The notes beneath the pieces are model-generated. The model saw only the letters and a program-made list of their open reading frames with translations. It ran no database searches and was not told the DNA's origin. Source: Mizuhopecten yessoensis (lineage: Eukaryota). Taken from it: a stretch of 64,000 bases of DNA. Shown here one piece after another: positions 27,001-41,735 of this stretch (position 1 is the stretch's first letter; every line of letters starts with the position of its first letter). The translations under genes and the position numbers were made by a program. The stretch spans positions 878,385 through 942,384 of the forward strand of contig NW_018407075.1 in NCBI RefSeq assembly GCF_002113885.1, written 5' to 3'.

Positions 27001-28269
27001 TGGGCTTATTTCCGAATAAATACAGTATGCTATTGGTCAGCTTACAAAACATATTAAATCTGTGGGAAAACTATGTTTTGTGGCAGTTTGTATGCATGAG
27101 AACTTACTCCAGCTGTGTCATCATGGCACATTCATGCTGTAGACGAGTTTGTTAAAAAAAAAAAGAAATGTTATTATCTCATTTTTTTGCTGTAATAGGT
27201 AATGATGGAGATGTGCAATTTATTAATACAATATAGTGTGTAGTGTTTCTTACAGACCAAGTTTAATGTGAAATGTTAATACAGACAATTTAGGATATAA
27301 GGTAAAATCTTTTTCGATACACATGTATATGCATGGTTATGTAAAAAGTGATCAACTAAATACCTGAAGTTTAGGGGTTGGCAATAATATTGCAATATTT
27401 GTCTAGCAATATATATATATATATTGTAGTAGGATTTTGAAATGGCAGTATATTGCATTATTTCTTCAGCTAATTATTTGAAATAACTTGACAGAATTTT
27501 TGTTCAGATCAATATTATCCAAACCATGTTTATTTGGTGTGATAAATTAGAAAACGATATGAAACAGTATTCAATTAACATTAAAGCTTGCTGAACTGCA
27601 TGCTCAACTCTTGTATTTTCTATATAAAACCATTATAAACACACTGCATTTCAAAAAGTACAAATATGTTGTGCTAATGATAAGTGCTTACAATACCCAA
27701 CCCTATCGGAGGTTCACAGTGTGGTGATAGACAAGTCAGAATTTAATCAAATCAGGAATCAGTCACAGATCATTAAGATTGGTTCTTGAATTAATTTGAT
27801 AAACCTGTTCAGTTGTGGTAGAGTTTTTTATACACTTCAAAAGTATGTGCCGATACATAGATAGAAGTTGAACATGGCAATATTTATTGTTTAGATATTA
27901 TGTTTACAGAAAATTTGAAATAATTTCTTCCACAATAATAATATTTTAAGTTGAGTCTGGATTATCAAATTACACCATAGCACAGCTGTTCATGGAACAG
28001 CATTGTCTGTTATTGTATTTTGTCCGAAATCAACCCATAATTGTCAAAAGGTGGAGATGAACCAAATATATTGTGTATCTGTATACATGATGATTGATTT
28101 GACTTAAATATTATAATTATCTAAATACAAGCCCCTGGCAGACTTCAGATTTGTCTGGAATTTATTATTTTCAAAAGCAAATACATCTACCAGATTTGGT
28201 CAAGCTCAAAACACTGACCAGAACCATTCACACATCATTGAGCTATTGGCAATACAATATCTGATTGAC

Positions 28270-31200
28270 ACACATCAGAGAATGGCTGTCCACTAAGATG
28301 CAACAGAGAATGACTGACTATAAGATATGTTAGAGAATGACCAATTCCCTGAGACACAACAGAGAATGGCTGTCCATAATGTCCCACTAAGACACAACAG
28401 AGAATGGCTGTCTATTACATGTCCCACTAAGACACAACAGAGAATGGCTGTCTATTACATGTCCCACTAAGACACAACAGAGAATGGCTGTCCATAATGT
28501 CCCACTAAAACACAACAGATAATGACTGTCTATTACATGTCCCACTAAGACACAACATAGAATGACTGTCTATTACATGTCTCCCTAAGACACAACAGAG
28601 AATGACTGTCTATTACATGTCCCACTAAAACACAACAGATAATGACTGTCTATTCCATGTCCCACTAAGACACAACAGAGAATGACTGGCTATTACATGT
28701 CTCCCTAAGACAACAGAGAATGGCTGTCTATAATGTCCCACTAAGACACAACAGAGAATGGCTGTCTATTTCATGTCCCACTAAGACACAACATAGAATG
28801 ACTGTCTATTACATGTCTCCCTAAGACACAACAGAGAATGACTTTCTATTACATGTCCCACTAAAACACAACAGATAATGACTGTCTATTCCATGTCCCA
28901 CTAAGACACAACAGAGAATGACTGGCTATTACATGTCTCCCTAAGACAACAGAGAATGGCTGTCTATAAGATATGTTAGAGAATGACCTATTCCCTGAGA
29001 CACAATAGAGAATGGCTGTCCATAATGTCCCAATAAGACACAACAGAGAATGGCTATCTATTACATGTCCCACTAAGACACAACAGAGAATGGCTGTCCA
29101 TAATGTCCCACAATGACACAACAGCGAATGACTGTCTATTACATGTCCCACTAAGACACAACAGAGAATGACTGGCTATTACATGTCTCCCTAAGACAAC
29201 AGAGAATGGCTGTCTATAATGTCCCACTAAGACACAACAGAGAATGGCTGTCTATTTCATGTCCCACTAAGACACAACATAGAATGACTGTCTATTACAT
29301 GTCTCCCTAAGACACAACAGAGAATGACTTTCTATTACATGTCCCACTAAAACACAACAGATAATGACTGTCTATTACATGTCCCACTAAGACACAACAT
29401 AGAATGACTGTCTATTACATGTCTCCCTAAGACACAACAGAGAATGGCTGTCTATAAGATGATGTCCCACTAAGACACAACAGAGAATGACTGGCTATTA
29501 CATGTCTCCCTAAGACACAACAGAGAATGGCTGTCTATAAGATGATGTCCCACTAAGACACAACAGAGAATGACTGGCTATTACATGTCCCACTAAGACA
29601 CAACAGAGAATGACTGGCTATTACATGTCTCCCTAAGACACAACAGAGAATGACTTTCTATTACATGTCCCACTAAAACACAACAGATAATGACTGTCTA
29701 TTACATGTCCCACTAAGACACAACATAGAATGACTGTCTATTACATGTCTCCCTAAGACAACAGAGAATGGCTGTCTATAATGTCCCACTAAGACACAAC
29801 AGAGAATGGCTGTCCATAATGTCCCACAATGACACAACAGAGAATGACTGTCTATTACATGTCCCACTAAGACGCAACAGAGAATGACCGATTCCTTGAG
29901 ACACAACAGAGAATGGCTGTCCATAATGTCCCACAATGACACAACAGAGAATGACTGTCTATTACATGTCACACTAAGACACAACAGAGAATGACTGTCT
30001 ATTACGTGTCCCACTAAGACGCAACAGAGAATGGCTGTCCATAATGTCCCACTAAGGCACGTCAGAGAATTACTGTCTATTACATGTCCGACTAAGACAC
30101 AACAGAGAATGGCTGTCTATTACATGTCACACTAAGACACAACAGAGAATGACTGTCTATTACGTGTCCCACTAAGACGCAACAGAGAATGGCTGTCCAT
30201 AATGTCCCACTAAGGCACGTCAGAGAATTACTGTCTATTACATGTCCGACTAAGACACAACAGAGAATGGCTGTCTATTACATGTCACACTAAGACACAA
30301 CAGAGAATGACTGTCTATTACATGTTCCTCTAAGACGCAACAGAGAATGGCTGTCCATAATGTCCCACTCACAACAGAGAATGACTGGCTATTACATGTC
30401 TCCCTAAGACAACAGAGAATGGCTGTCTATAAGATATGTTAGAGAATGACCTATTCCCTGAGACACAATAGAGAATGGCTGTCCATAATGTCCCAATAAG
30501 ACACAACAGAGAATGGCTATCTATTACATGTCCCACTAAGACACAACAGAGAATGGCTGTCCATAATGTCCCACACTGACAAAACAGAGAATGACTGTCT
30601 ATTACATGTCCCACTAAGACACAACAGAGAATGACTGTCTATTACATGTCCCACTAAGACGCAACAGAGAATGGCTGTCCATAATGTCCCACTAAGACGC
30701 AACAGAGAATGACTGACTATAAGATATGTTAGAGAATGACCAATTCCCTGAGACACAACAGAGAATGGCTGGCTATAAGATGATAGAGAATGACCGATTC
30801 ATTGAGACACAACAGAGAATGGCTGTCTATTACATGTCTCCCTAAGACTCAACAGAGAATGACTGACTATTACATGTCCCACTAAAACACAACAGATAAT
30901 GGCTGTCTATTACATGTCTCCCTAAGACTCAACAGAGAATGACTGACTATTACATGTCCCACTAAGACACAACAGATAATGGCTGTCTATTACATGTCTC
31001 CCTAAGACACAACAGAGAATGGCTGTCTATAAGATGATAGAGAATGACCGATTCCTTGAGACACAACAGAGAATGGCTGTCCATAATGTCCCACTTAGAC
31101 ACAACAGAGAATGACTGACTATTACATTTCCCACTAAAACACAACAGATAATGGCTGTCTATTACATGTCCCACTAAGACACAACAGAGAATGGCTGTCT

Positions 31201-31450
31201 ATTACATGTCCCACTAAGACACAACAGAGAATGGCTGTCCATAATGTCCCACTAAGACACAACAGAGAATGACTGTCTATTACATGTCTCCCTAAGACAA
31301 CAGAGTATGGTTGTCTATAAGATATGTTAGAGAATGACCAATTCCCTGAGACACAACAGAGAATGTCTGTCAATAATGTCCCATTAACACACATCAGAGA
31401 ATGACTGTCTATTACATGTCCCACTAAGACACAACAGAGAATGACTGACT
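28270..31450. repeat. Satellite subfamily 1, about 40-bp unit TAAGACACAACAGAGAATGACTGTCTATTACATGTCCCAC
   Basis: Direct tandem copies with recurring variant orders. Confidence 0.95.
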
Positions 31451-33240
31451 ATACCATATCCCATTGAGACATATCATAGAATGACTGACCATGAGATATC
31501 CCATTGAGACATATCATAGAATTACTGACCATGAGATATCCCATTGAGACATATCATAGAATGATTGACTATGAGATATCCCATTGAGACATATCATAGA
31601 ATGACTGAGTAACAGATATCCAATTGAGAAACGTCAGAAACGGTTGACTATAAGATATCCCCTTGAGACATATCATAGAATGACTGACTATAAGATATCC
31701 CATTGAGACATATCAGAGAATGACTGACTATGAGATATCCCATTGAGACATATCAGAGAATGACTGACTGAGATATCTCATTGAGACATATCAGAGAATG
31801 ACTGAGTATCAGATATCCCATTGAGAAACGTCAGAAACGGTTGACTATAAGATATCCAATTGAGACATATCAGAGAATGACCGACTATAAGATATCCCAT
31901 CGAGACATATCAGATAATGACTGAGTATCAGATATCCCATTGAGAAACATCAGAAACGGTTGACTATAAGATATCCCATTAAGACATATCAGAGAATGAT
32001 TGACTATGAGATATCCAATTGAGACTAATCAGAGAATGACTGAGTATAAGATATCCAATTGAGACATATCAGAGAATGACTGAGTATCAGATATCCCATT
32101 GAGAAATGTCAGAAACGGTTGACTATAAGATATCCCATTGAGACATATCAGAGAATGAGTGACTATGAGATATCCCATTGAGACATATCAGAGAATGACT
32201 GAGTAACAGATATCCAATTGAGACATATCAGAGAATGACTGAGTATCAGATATCCCACTGAGAAACGTCAGAAACAACTGACTATAAGATATCCAATTGG
32301 GACATATCAGATAATGACTAAGTATCAGATATCCCAGTGAGAAACGTCAGAAACGACTGACTATAAGATATCCAATTGAGACATATCAGAGAATGACTGA
32401 GTATCAGATATCCCACTGTGAAACGTCAGAAACAACTGACTATAAGATATCCAATTGGGACATATCAGATAATGACTAAGTATCAGATATCCCATTGAGA
32501 AACGTCAGAAACGGTTGACTATAAGATATCCCATTGAGACATATCGGAGAATGACTGAGTATAAGATATTCCATTGAGACATATCAGAGAATGATTGACT
32601 ATGAGATATCCCATTGAGACATATCATAGAATGACTGAGTAACAGATATCCCATTGAGCCATATCAGAGAATGACTGAGTATCAGATATCCCACTGAGAA
32701 ACGTCAGAAACGACTGACTATAAGATTTTCCACTGAGACATATCAGAGAATGACTGAGTAACAGATATCCCATTGAGAAACGTCAGAAACGACTGACTAT
32801 AAGATATCCCACTGAGAAACGTCAGAAACGACTGACTATAAGATATCCCATGAGACATATCAGAGAATGACTGAGTAACAGATATCCCATTGAGACATAT
32901 CAGAGAATGACTGAGTATCAGATATCCCACTGAGAAACGTCAGAAACGACTGACTATAAGATATCCAATTGAGACATATCAGAGAATAACTGACTGTAAG
33001 ATATCCCAATGAGACACATCAGAGAATGACTAACTTTAAGATATCCCATTGAGACATATAGAATGACTGACAATAAGATATCCCATTGAGACATATAGAA
33101 TGACTGACTATAAGATATTCCACTAAGACACATCAGAGAATGACTGACAATAAGATATCCCATTGAGACACGTCAGAGAATGGCTTACCCAAAGATTTTC
33201 CACTGAGACATGTCGGAGAATGACTTACTATAAGATCTAG
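31451..33240. repeat. Satellite subfamily 2, 40-bp unit GAGACATATCAGAGAATGACTGACTATAAGATATCCCATT
   Basis: Direct tandem copies. Confidence 0.95.
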
Positions 33241-33639
33241 CTCCCAAAGTCAGACACCTCATAGGATGACTGACTATAAGATATTCCACTGAGACATGTT
33301 GGAGAATGTCTAACTATAAGATAAACCACTGACAAAAGTGTTCCATTTGATATACACGAGAGAATTACTTACTGTAAGATATCCAACTGAGTATGGTGAA
33401 CTATAAGATATCCCACAGAGACACTTAAGATAATTGCTGATTACAAGATATCCAGTTGACACATCAGAGATTTACTAAGTATAAGATATCCCATTGATGT
33501 ACGTACAAGATATTGGCTGGCTATAAGATATCCGATAGGCACAAATCAGAAATCGATATAAGACATAAAGAAGAGAATGAATGGCTAAGATTTTCATTGA
33601 TATACAGTAGAGAATGACCTGCTATAAATCCTGGATTTC

Positions 33640-34745
33640 CCATTGACAAATATGATGGAGTGAATGGCTGGCTATTAGATTTCTCATCAAGTTGACATAC
33701 ATGATCGTATGAATGGCTAGATATAAGATTTACCATTGACATACATGATCGAGTGAATGGCTGGTTATTAGATTTCTCATTGACATACATGATCGAGTGA
33801 ATGGCTTCCTATTAGATTTCTCATTGACATACATGATCGAGTGAATGGCTGGCTATTAGATTTTTCATTGACATACATGATCGAGTGAATGGCTGGCTAT
33901 TAGATTTCTCATTGACATACATGATCGAGTGAATGGCTGGCTATTAGATTTCTCATTGACATACATGATCGAGTGAATGGCTGGCTATTAGATTTCTCAT
34001 TGACATACATGATCGAGTGAATGGCTGGCTATTAGATTTCTCATTGACATACATGATCGAGTGAATGGCTGGCTATTAGATTTCTCATTGACATACATGA
34101 TCGAGTGAATGGCTGGCTATTAGATTTCTCATTGACATACATGATCGAGTGAATGGCTGGCTATTAGATTTCTCATTGACATACATGATCGAGTGAATGG
34201 CTGGCTATTAGATTTCCCATTGATATACATGATCGAGTGAATGGCTAGATATTAGATTTCCCATTGACATACATGATCGAGTGAATTGCTAGATATAAGA
34301 TTTCCCATTGACATACATGATCGAGTGAATTGCTAGATATAAGATTTCCCATTGACATACATGATCGAGTGAATTGCTAGATATAAGATTTCCCATTGAC
34401 ATACATGATCGAGTGAATTGCTAGATATAAGATTTCCCATTGACATACATGATCGAGTGAATTGCTAGATATAAGATTTCCCATTGACATACATGATCGA
34501 GTGAATTGCTAGATATAAGATTTCCCATTGACATACATGATCGAGTGAATGGCTAGATATAAGATTTCCCATTGACATACATGATCGAGTGAATGGCTAG
34601 CTATAAGATTTCCCATTGATATACATGATCGAGTGAATGGCTAGATATAAGATTTCTCATTGACATACATGATCAAGTGAATGGCTGGATTTCTCATTGA
34701 CATATATAATCGAGTGAAAGGCTAGATATAAGATTTCCCATTGAC
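33640..34745. repeat. Satellite subfamily 3, 44-bp unit GACATACATGATCGAGTGAATGGCTGGCTATTAGATTTCTCATT
   Basis: Highly homogeneous tandem copies. Confidence 0.95.
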
Positions 34746-35089
34746 ATCAACGAAAGAATGTCTGGTTATAAGATATCATATCAAAACAAACAAGGTAATA
34801 CTAATAGTCTTGTTTGGATACGAAAGAGAATGGCTTACTATAATATTCCTTTTTTCATACACGATAAATGACCAACTGTAAAATTTACATTTGGCATGCA
34901 CGCGAAACATAAAATCATCTCATTGACTTTCACAAGAAAATGGCTTGGTTGAAATAATCCCATTGACAAAAACAAGAGAATGGATCGGTTTACAATATCC
35001 TTCTGACAAGAGATCAGAGCAAAGCTGCCTATAAAATTATCTCTGATAGACAACACACAAGAGAATGGTTCATAGGAAGATATCCTATT

Positions 35090-36870
35090 GACACATCAGA
35101 GAATGGCTGTCAGTCAGCTTTCCATATGACAAAACATCAGAGAATGGCTGTCAGTCAGCTTTCCCATTGACAAAATATCAGAGAATGGCTGTCAGTCAGC
35201 TTTCCCATTGACAAAACATCAGAGAATGGCTGTCAGTCAGTTTTCCCATTGACAACACATTAGAAGATGGCTGTCAATTAGCTTTCTCATTGACAAAACA
35301 TCAGAGGATTTCTGTCAGTCAGCTTTCCCATTGACAAAACATCAGAGGATGGCTGTCAGTCAGCTCTCCCATCGACAACACATCAGAGGTAGCTGTCAGT
35401 CAGCTTTCCCATTGACTTCACTTCAGAGGATGGCTGTCAGTCAGCTTTCTTATTGACAAAACATTAGAGAATGGCTGTAAGTCAGCTCTCCTATTGACAA
35501 CACATCAGAGAATGGCTGTCAGTCAGCTTTCCCATTGCTTACACATCAGAGGATAGCTGTCAGTCAGCTTTCTTATTGACAAAGCATTAGAGAATGGCTG
35601 TAAGTCAGCTCTCCTATTGACAACACATCCGAGAATGGCTATCAGTCAGCTTTCCCATCGACAACACATCAGAGGATGTCTGCCAGTCAGCTTTCCCATT
35701 GACAACACATCAGAGAATGGTTGTCAGTCAGCTTTCCCATTGACAAAACATCAGAGAATGGTTGTCAGTCAGCTCTCCTATTGACAACACATCAGACGAT
35801 GGCTGTCAGTCAGCTTTTCAATTGACAAAACATCAAAAGTTGGCTGGCTGTCAACTTTTCCTTTGACAAAACATCAGAGGATGGCTGTCAGTCAGCTTTC
35901 TCATTGACAAAACATCAGAAGATGGCTGTCAGTCAACTTTCCCATTGACAAAACATCAGAGAATGGCTGTCAATCAGTTTTCCCAATTGACAAAACATCA
36001 GAAGATGGCTGTCAATCAGCTTTCCCATTGACAACAGATCAGAGGATGGATGTCTGTCAGCTTTCCCATTGCTTACACATCAGAGGATGGCTGTCAGTCA
36101 CCTTTCCCATTGACAACAAATCAGAGGATGGCTGTCAGTCAGCTTTCCCATTGACAACACATTAGACGATGGCTGTCAGTCAGCTTTCCCACTGACAACA
36201 GATCAGAGGATGGCTGTCAGTCAGCTTTCCCATTGACAACACATCAGACGATGGCTGTCAGTCAGCTTTCCAATTGACAAAACATCAAAAGATGGCTGTC
36301 TGTCAACTTTCCCATTGACAAAACATCAGAGGATGGCTGTCAGTCAGCTTTCTCATTGAAAAAACATCAGAAGATGGCTGTAGTCAGCTTTCCCATTGAC
36401 AAAACATCAGAAGATGGCTGTCAATCAGCTTTCCCATTGACAACACATCAGAGGATGGATGTCACTCAGTTTTCCCATTGCTTACACATCAGAGGATGGC
36501 TGTCAGTCAGCTTTCCCATTGCTTACACATCAGAGGATGGATGTCAGTCAGCTTTCCCATTGCTTACACATCAGAGGATGGCGGTCAGTCAGCTCTCCCG
36601 TTGACTACACATCAAAGGATGACTGTCAGTCAGCTTTCCCATTGACAACACATGAGACGATGGCTGTCAGTCAGCTTTCTGATTGACAAAACATCATAAG
36701 ATGGCTGTCAATCAGCTTTCCCATTGACAACACATCAGAGGATGGATGTCAGTCAGCTTTCCCATTGCTTACACATCAGAGGATAGCTGTCAGTCAGCTT
36801 TCCCATCGACAACACATCAGAGGATGGCTGTCAGTCAGCTTTGTCTTTGACAACATATCAGAGGTTTGAG
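35090..36870. repeat. Satellite subfamily 4, 41-bp unit GACAAAACATCAGAGAATGGCTGTCAGTCAGCTTTCCCATT
   Basis: Direct tandem copies. Confidence 0.95.
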
Positions 36871-37059
36871 GGTTAGAAGATTTCCCATTGATACTTAGAG
36901 AGAAATGTTTGCTTTAAGGTTTTCTTCGAACCACCAGATTATGGTTGGTTATATACTATCTGATTGACATATCAGAGTACTGCTGACTATTAAATGTCAT
37001 ATTTACAGAAATAATTGAATGGCTGGCTGTTGGATATCTCATATAAAGGCATTTGAAAA

Positions 37060-38140
37060 TGGCTATAAGATATCCAATTAAAACATCATAGGATGGTTGG
37101 CTATTAGATATCCCATTAAAACATCATAGGATGGCTGACGATAAGATTTCCCATTGAAACATCATAAGATGACTGGCTATAAGATATCCAATTAAAACAT
37201 CATATGATGGTTGGCTATAAGATATCCAATTAAAACATCATATGATGGTTGGCTATAAGATATCCCATTAAAACAGCAAAGGCTGGTTGGCTATAAGATA
37301 TCCCATTAAAACATCATAGGATGACTGGCTATAAGATATCCCATTGAAACATCATAGGATGGCTGGCTATAAGGTATCCCATTAAAACATCATAGGCTGG
37401 TTGGCTATAAGATATCCCATTAAAACAGCATAGGATGGTTGGCTATAATATATCCCATTAAAACATCAGAGGATGGCTGGCTATAAGGTATCCCATTAAA
37501 ACATCATAGGCTGGTTGGCCATAAGATATCCCATTAAAACAGCATAGGATGGTTGGCTATAAGATATCCCATTAAAACATCATAGGCTGGTTGGCTATAA
37601 GATATCCCATTGAAACATCATAAGATGACTGGCTATAAGGAATCCCATTAAAACATCATATGATGGTTGGCTATAAGGTATCCCATTGAAACATTACAGG
37701 ATGACTGGCATTGAAACATCATAGGATGGCTGGCTATAAGATATCCCATTAAAACAGCAAAGGATGGTTGGCTATAAAATATCCATTAAAACATCATAGG
37801 ATGGCTGGCTATAAGATATCCCATTAAAACATCATAGGGGCTGGCTATAAGGTATCCCATTGAAACATTACAGGATGACTGGCATTGAAACATCATAGGA
37901 TGGCTGGCTATAAGATATCCCATTAAAACATTAAAGGATGGCTGGCTTTAAGATATCCATTTGAAACATTACAGGATGGCTGGCATTGAAACATCATAGG
38001 ATGGCTGGCTATAAGGTATCCCATTAAAACATCATATGATGGCTGGCTATAAGGTATCCCATTAAAACATCATATGATGGTTGGCTATAAGATATCCCAT
38101 TAAAACATCTTATTATGACTGGGTATAAGATATGCCTTAG
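37060..38140. repeat. Satellite subfamily 5, 38-bp unit AAAACATCATAGGATGGCTGGCTATAAGATATCCCATT
   Basis: Direct tandem copies. Confidence 0.95.
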
Positions 38141-38757
38141 AAAACCATTTTAGAATGACAACACATCTAAGAACTGTTTGCTATGTGATATCTTATTCAC
38201 ATACAGAAGAGAGTTGTTTATAAGAACTTCCATTGACACATACAAGGATGTCCAATTGACAAATCAAGAGGATGACTGGCCATGAGATATTTGTATTCTG
38301 ACATTTAAGAATTGTTTGCTATGCAATGTCCCTCATCCCTCGAAATTCTAGGGGTTGCGTTCGCTTACTTTCTCTCCACCGTTGATGATTTTATAACAAA
38401 CTGAAAAGCATGTGGTTAGTTATTCCATTGGTTCCAGGTAAAAACAAAAACACCAGAGCAAGATTACAGGGTAGTTACACCAGTGTTCAAAGCTGGTCAA
38501 TTTTACCGTTGCTCTGCAACATGCTTCTGTTGATGTACATCCGATTGGATGTCCCATTGACACACATCAGAGAATGGCTTAATACAAGATATCACCTTGA
38601 CAAATGTGCTCGCTATAATATATTCCCTTTGAAACATCAGAACCAGTATACTTGTCACCCACAACTAGATTTTACCCATGTCAGTCTTGTGTACGTACAT
38701 CCTAGCAATTAAACTTCTCATCTCGAAAGGTGCTACATCTGTGACAATTATAACGAA

Positions 38758-38881
38758 TAGTCCGAATTATTCTGACGTTTTTATCGACTCTTTTCATATC
38801 GGTCTGTCGTCGATTAACGTCGTTAATCGACGACAGACCGATATAAAAAAGGTTGATAAAACGTCAGAATAATTCGGACTA
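38758..38881. mobile_element. 124-bp fully palindromic MITE with 9-bp target-site duplication (Mutator-like)
   Basis: Near-perfect inverted repeat centred on 38820; TATAACGAA at both 38749-38757 and 38882-38890. Confidence 0.85.
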
Positions 38882-41045
38882 TATAACGAAGTGACATAAC
38901 AATGTACAAATGACAGTTCAAAATTATGAAAATATGTGTTATTGGGAGCATATCTGTCCATATCATGATTTGAATTGAGAAAGATGTTTATTTAACATTC
39001 TACGATCTAACAGGCTGGCAGTTTCCCAAAATAACTATTTAATTATTAAATATGACAGGATTCCGATGAAACTTCAACAACATCGATGTCATTCTGTTAC
39101 ACAAATGCATCTGACGGATCGAAGTATATGAATAAGATCATGTCGCTTTGCTATGCAAGGAGTCCACGTGAATGATACATGTCATGCGAGGAACTTATCT
39201 ATGCTATCATATCCTCCATCAGTCTTTCTATAACACTCTCTTTTGAGTGCAATAAGTCAACAGTTTTAAACCAAGTGTTAATATAAAGTGTATCACAGGT
39301 ATCTGATGAATCTTCTTATGGGCGTAACTAGTCCCAGTTTTTAACGGAATGTTATGAAACGTTGCATACGTCAGTTATCATATGAAGATTTGCATTTGGT
39401 GAAAGCAGGACGTATACTTGCTTCATTTTTTACAAACGTTTAGGCTCGTTGAACTTAGTAAGTTTCTTGTGCGTGTAATTTGCTGATTTGTTTAAAGAAT
39501 TATTGCCCATTTAAACTTAAGATTTTTCTGGTGAGTGAAACTATTCCCAACAGTTTCAAACCAAATAACACAAATGTTTGTATGTACGTGTCAGGGGTAT
39601 CGTATGAAAAGTTGCAAATCATAATATCAGGACATTTTTTGTGGCATTTCGCAATTTATATTAATTTCCTTTAGTCCCACAGGAAAACTTAATAAGTCGC
39701 AGAGACAAATATAAATTGGTAACATCAATTCATTAATTGTAATACCATTTCGTAATCGTTCCATAAATACTGAAATACATAGGCCTAGGTCCATGTTTCT
39801 TTTTTCCAAACATATCTTTACTTTCCTGTACGTTTTTCCATCAATATTTCGCGCGTGTATAATGCTCCTCTCGCGGTGCTCGTTTTATAGGTCAAAATCA
39901 TATTTTCAAGCCCCTCATCTGCATTATGACAGATCAGATAAGATAATTGTGGCTTTTCTTCCCCTGTCAAGATGGCATGCCTGTGTATGTGCATTAGATT
40001 TGAAAGTTCAGATAAATGGTTCTGGAGTTGGTTGATGCACTGTTGTTGTCTATAAACTCAAATACTATGTACATACCCTACAATATATTGGTGCTGTGAC
40101 CAGGATTCAAACTTGAGTATGTCCTACAATACCTCATCGTCAACACATTCTAGTATAACAATGGCTCTGTCTTCTTTGGGTCCTACCTTGAAGTTTTCTA
40201 GTGCAACATTGATTTTGCCCTGTGTGGTCCATGTTAAAAAGAATCTGGTGAAACAGTAATTCTGCCTTCCACGAGATTCTTGCAAAGCTGTGTAAGTTTA
40301 ACATATATTATGCCCTCTGGGGTCCTTGTTTAGATGTTTTCCAGTGTATCTTTGATACTGCCTTTTGTGGTTGTATCCGTAGTAATAACTAATGTTGTTC
40401 TTCCTTCTGTCGGGTCCTTTTATAATGTAAATAACCCTCACTTTACTTTCTCTGTGGTCGTTGCCTTATGGAAGTTATTTAGATGTAATAGAGCTACAAT
40501 ACCAAACACACTGACTATGACACCATGTTCAAAGGTACAATGAACATATTTTGATTATCAAGAACCAATATTTACCATAATTTTCATGTGTCTGCAACCT
40601 TACGACAATTGGCAACAAATTTCAGAATTGTATAGGTGCAATCACGATCATGTCACGTGTTTATAGTAGCAGGCTCTGTAGGTGGAATTCCTAGTCTCGA
40701 AGGTTTGCTGGAATTTTTCGTATGTATATACCCAACTCGTTCTTAATTTGAAGTTTACCAGTTCTACCCTTATTTTTGTAATTCGTGTAGTTGAGAGCTT
40801 TTATGCACATCTCCTTGTTCAGACGTAACTTTAAGACGGATCTAATTTGGATGTGGAACTTTTTCGTCCCTAGTATGACAGGAATCCCAAAAGGACGAAA
40901 CGGCTGCATGGCACAGTGCATTTCATTTTTGGCAAATTGCATCTTACCAATTTTTTTATGGTGTGTCTTGTGTTTGTCTGCAACATCTGAATGTATCAGT
41001 ACACAAAAGATGGCTTATAAGACGATCATTTCACTGTTAATAAAG

Positions 41046-41735
41046 ACAAGAGGCCCAAAGGGCCTGTATCGCTCACCTGGACATTTGAGCAATCATGGAG
41101 AAATATTCTCAATAAAAGTACTTTTGCAAATATTTCCATATAACGGAGTCTCCTTTGCTTTAGAATGTTCCTGACCGAGTGCTTTTTTTTTTACTACTCT
41201 ATGCCTCCTGGTATCGCAGAAGTATTAACACATTTGATCCCTGTGACCGTGAAAGTAGGTCAAGGTCATTTATTTCAGGAAACTTGATAGCACTCTATCC
41301 CAGGTACCTACTGGCCAAATATTACTCTGGGCCTCCTGGTTATTCAGATATTTAACGGTTTTTATCATTTTGAATCCTGTGACCTTGAAAGTAGGTCAAG
41401 GTCATTTATTTGAGAAAATTTTGTAGCACTTCATACCAGGTAACTACTGGCAAAGTATTATTGCCCTTGGCCCTTTGTTATTCAGAAGACGTTCAAAGGT
41501 TGTTACACATTTGACCCCTGCGACCTTGAGAGTAGGTCAAGGTAATTTATTTGAGGAAACTTAATAACACTTATGCCAGGTACCTACTGTCCAAGTATTA
41601 TTACTCTGGGCCTCCTGATTATTCAGGTGTTGTTTAAAGGCTGTTACATGTTTAACCCTGTGACCTTGAAGCTGAAAGTAAGGTAAAGGTCATTTATTTG
41701 AAGAAACTTCACTCTGTCCAAGGTGAGCTAAAAAA
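41046..41735 (-). mobile_element. Helentron/HINE-like non-autonomous element with about 140-bp internal repeats
   Basis: Minus-strand 5' end tttttagctcaccttgg; 3' end ccaggtgagcgatacaggccctttgggcctcttgt (sub-terminal IR plus hairpin); 4 repeats of tgaccttgaaagtaggtcaagg. Confidence 0.8.

Noticed and set aside
28861-36686. Repetitive ORFs in the satellite field
   Set aside because: Frame-shifting satellite translations with no splice or domain support
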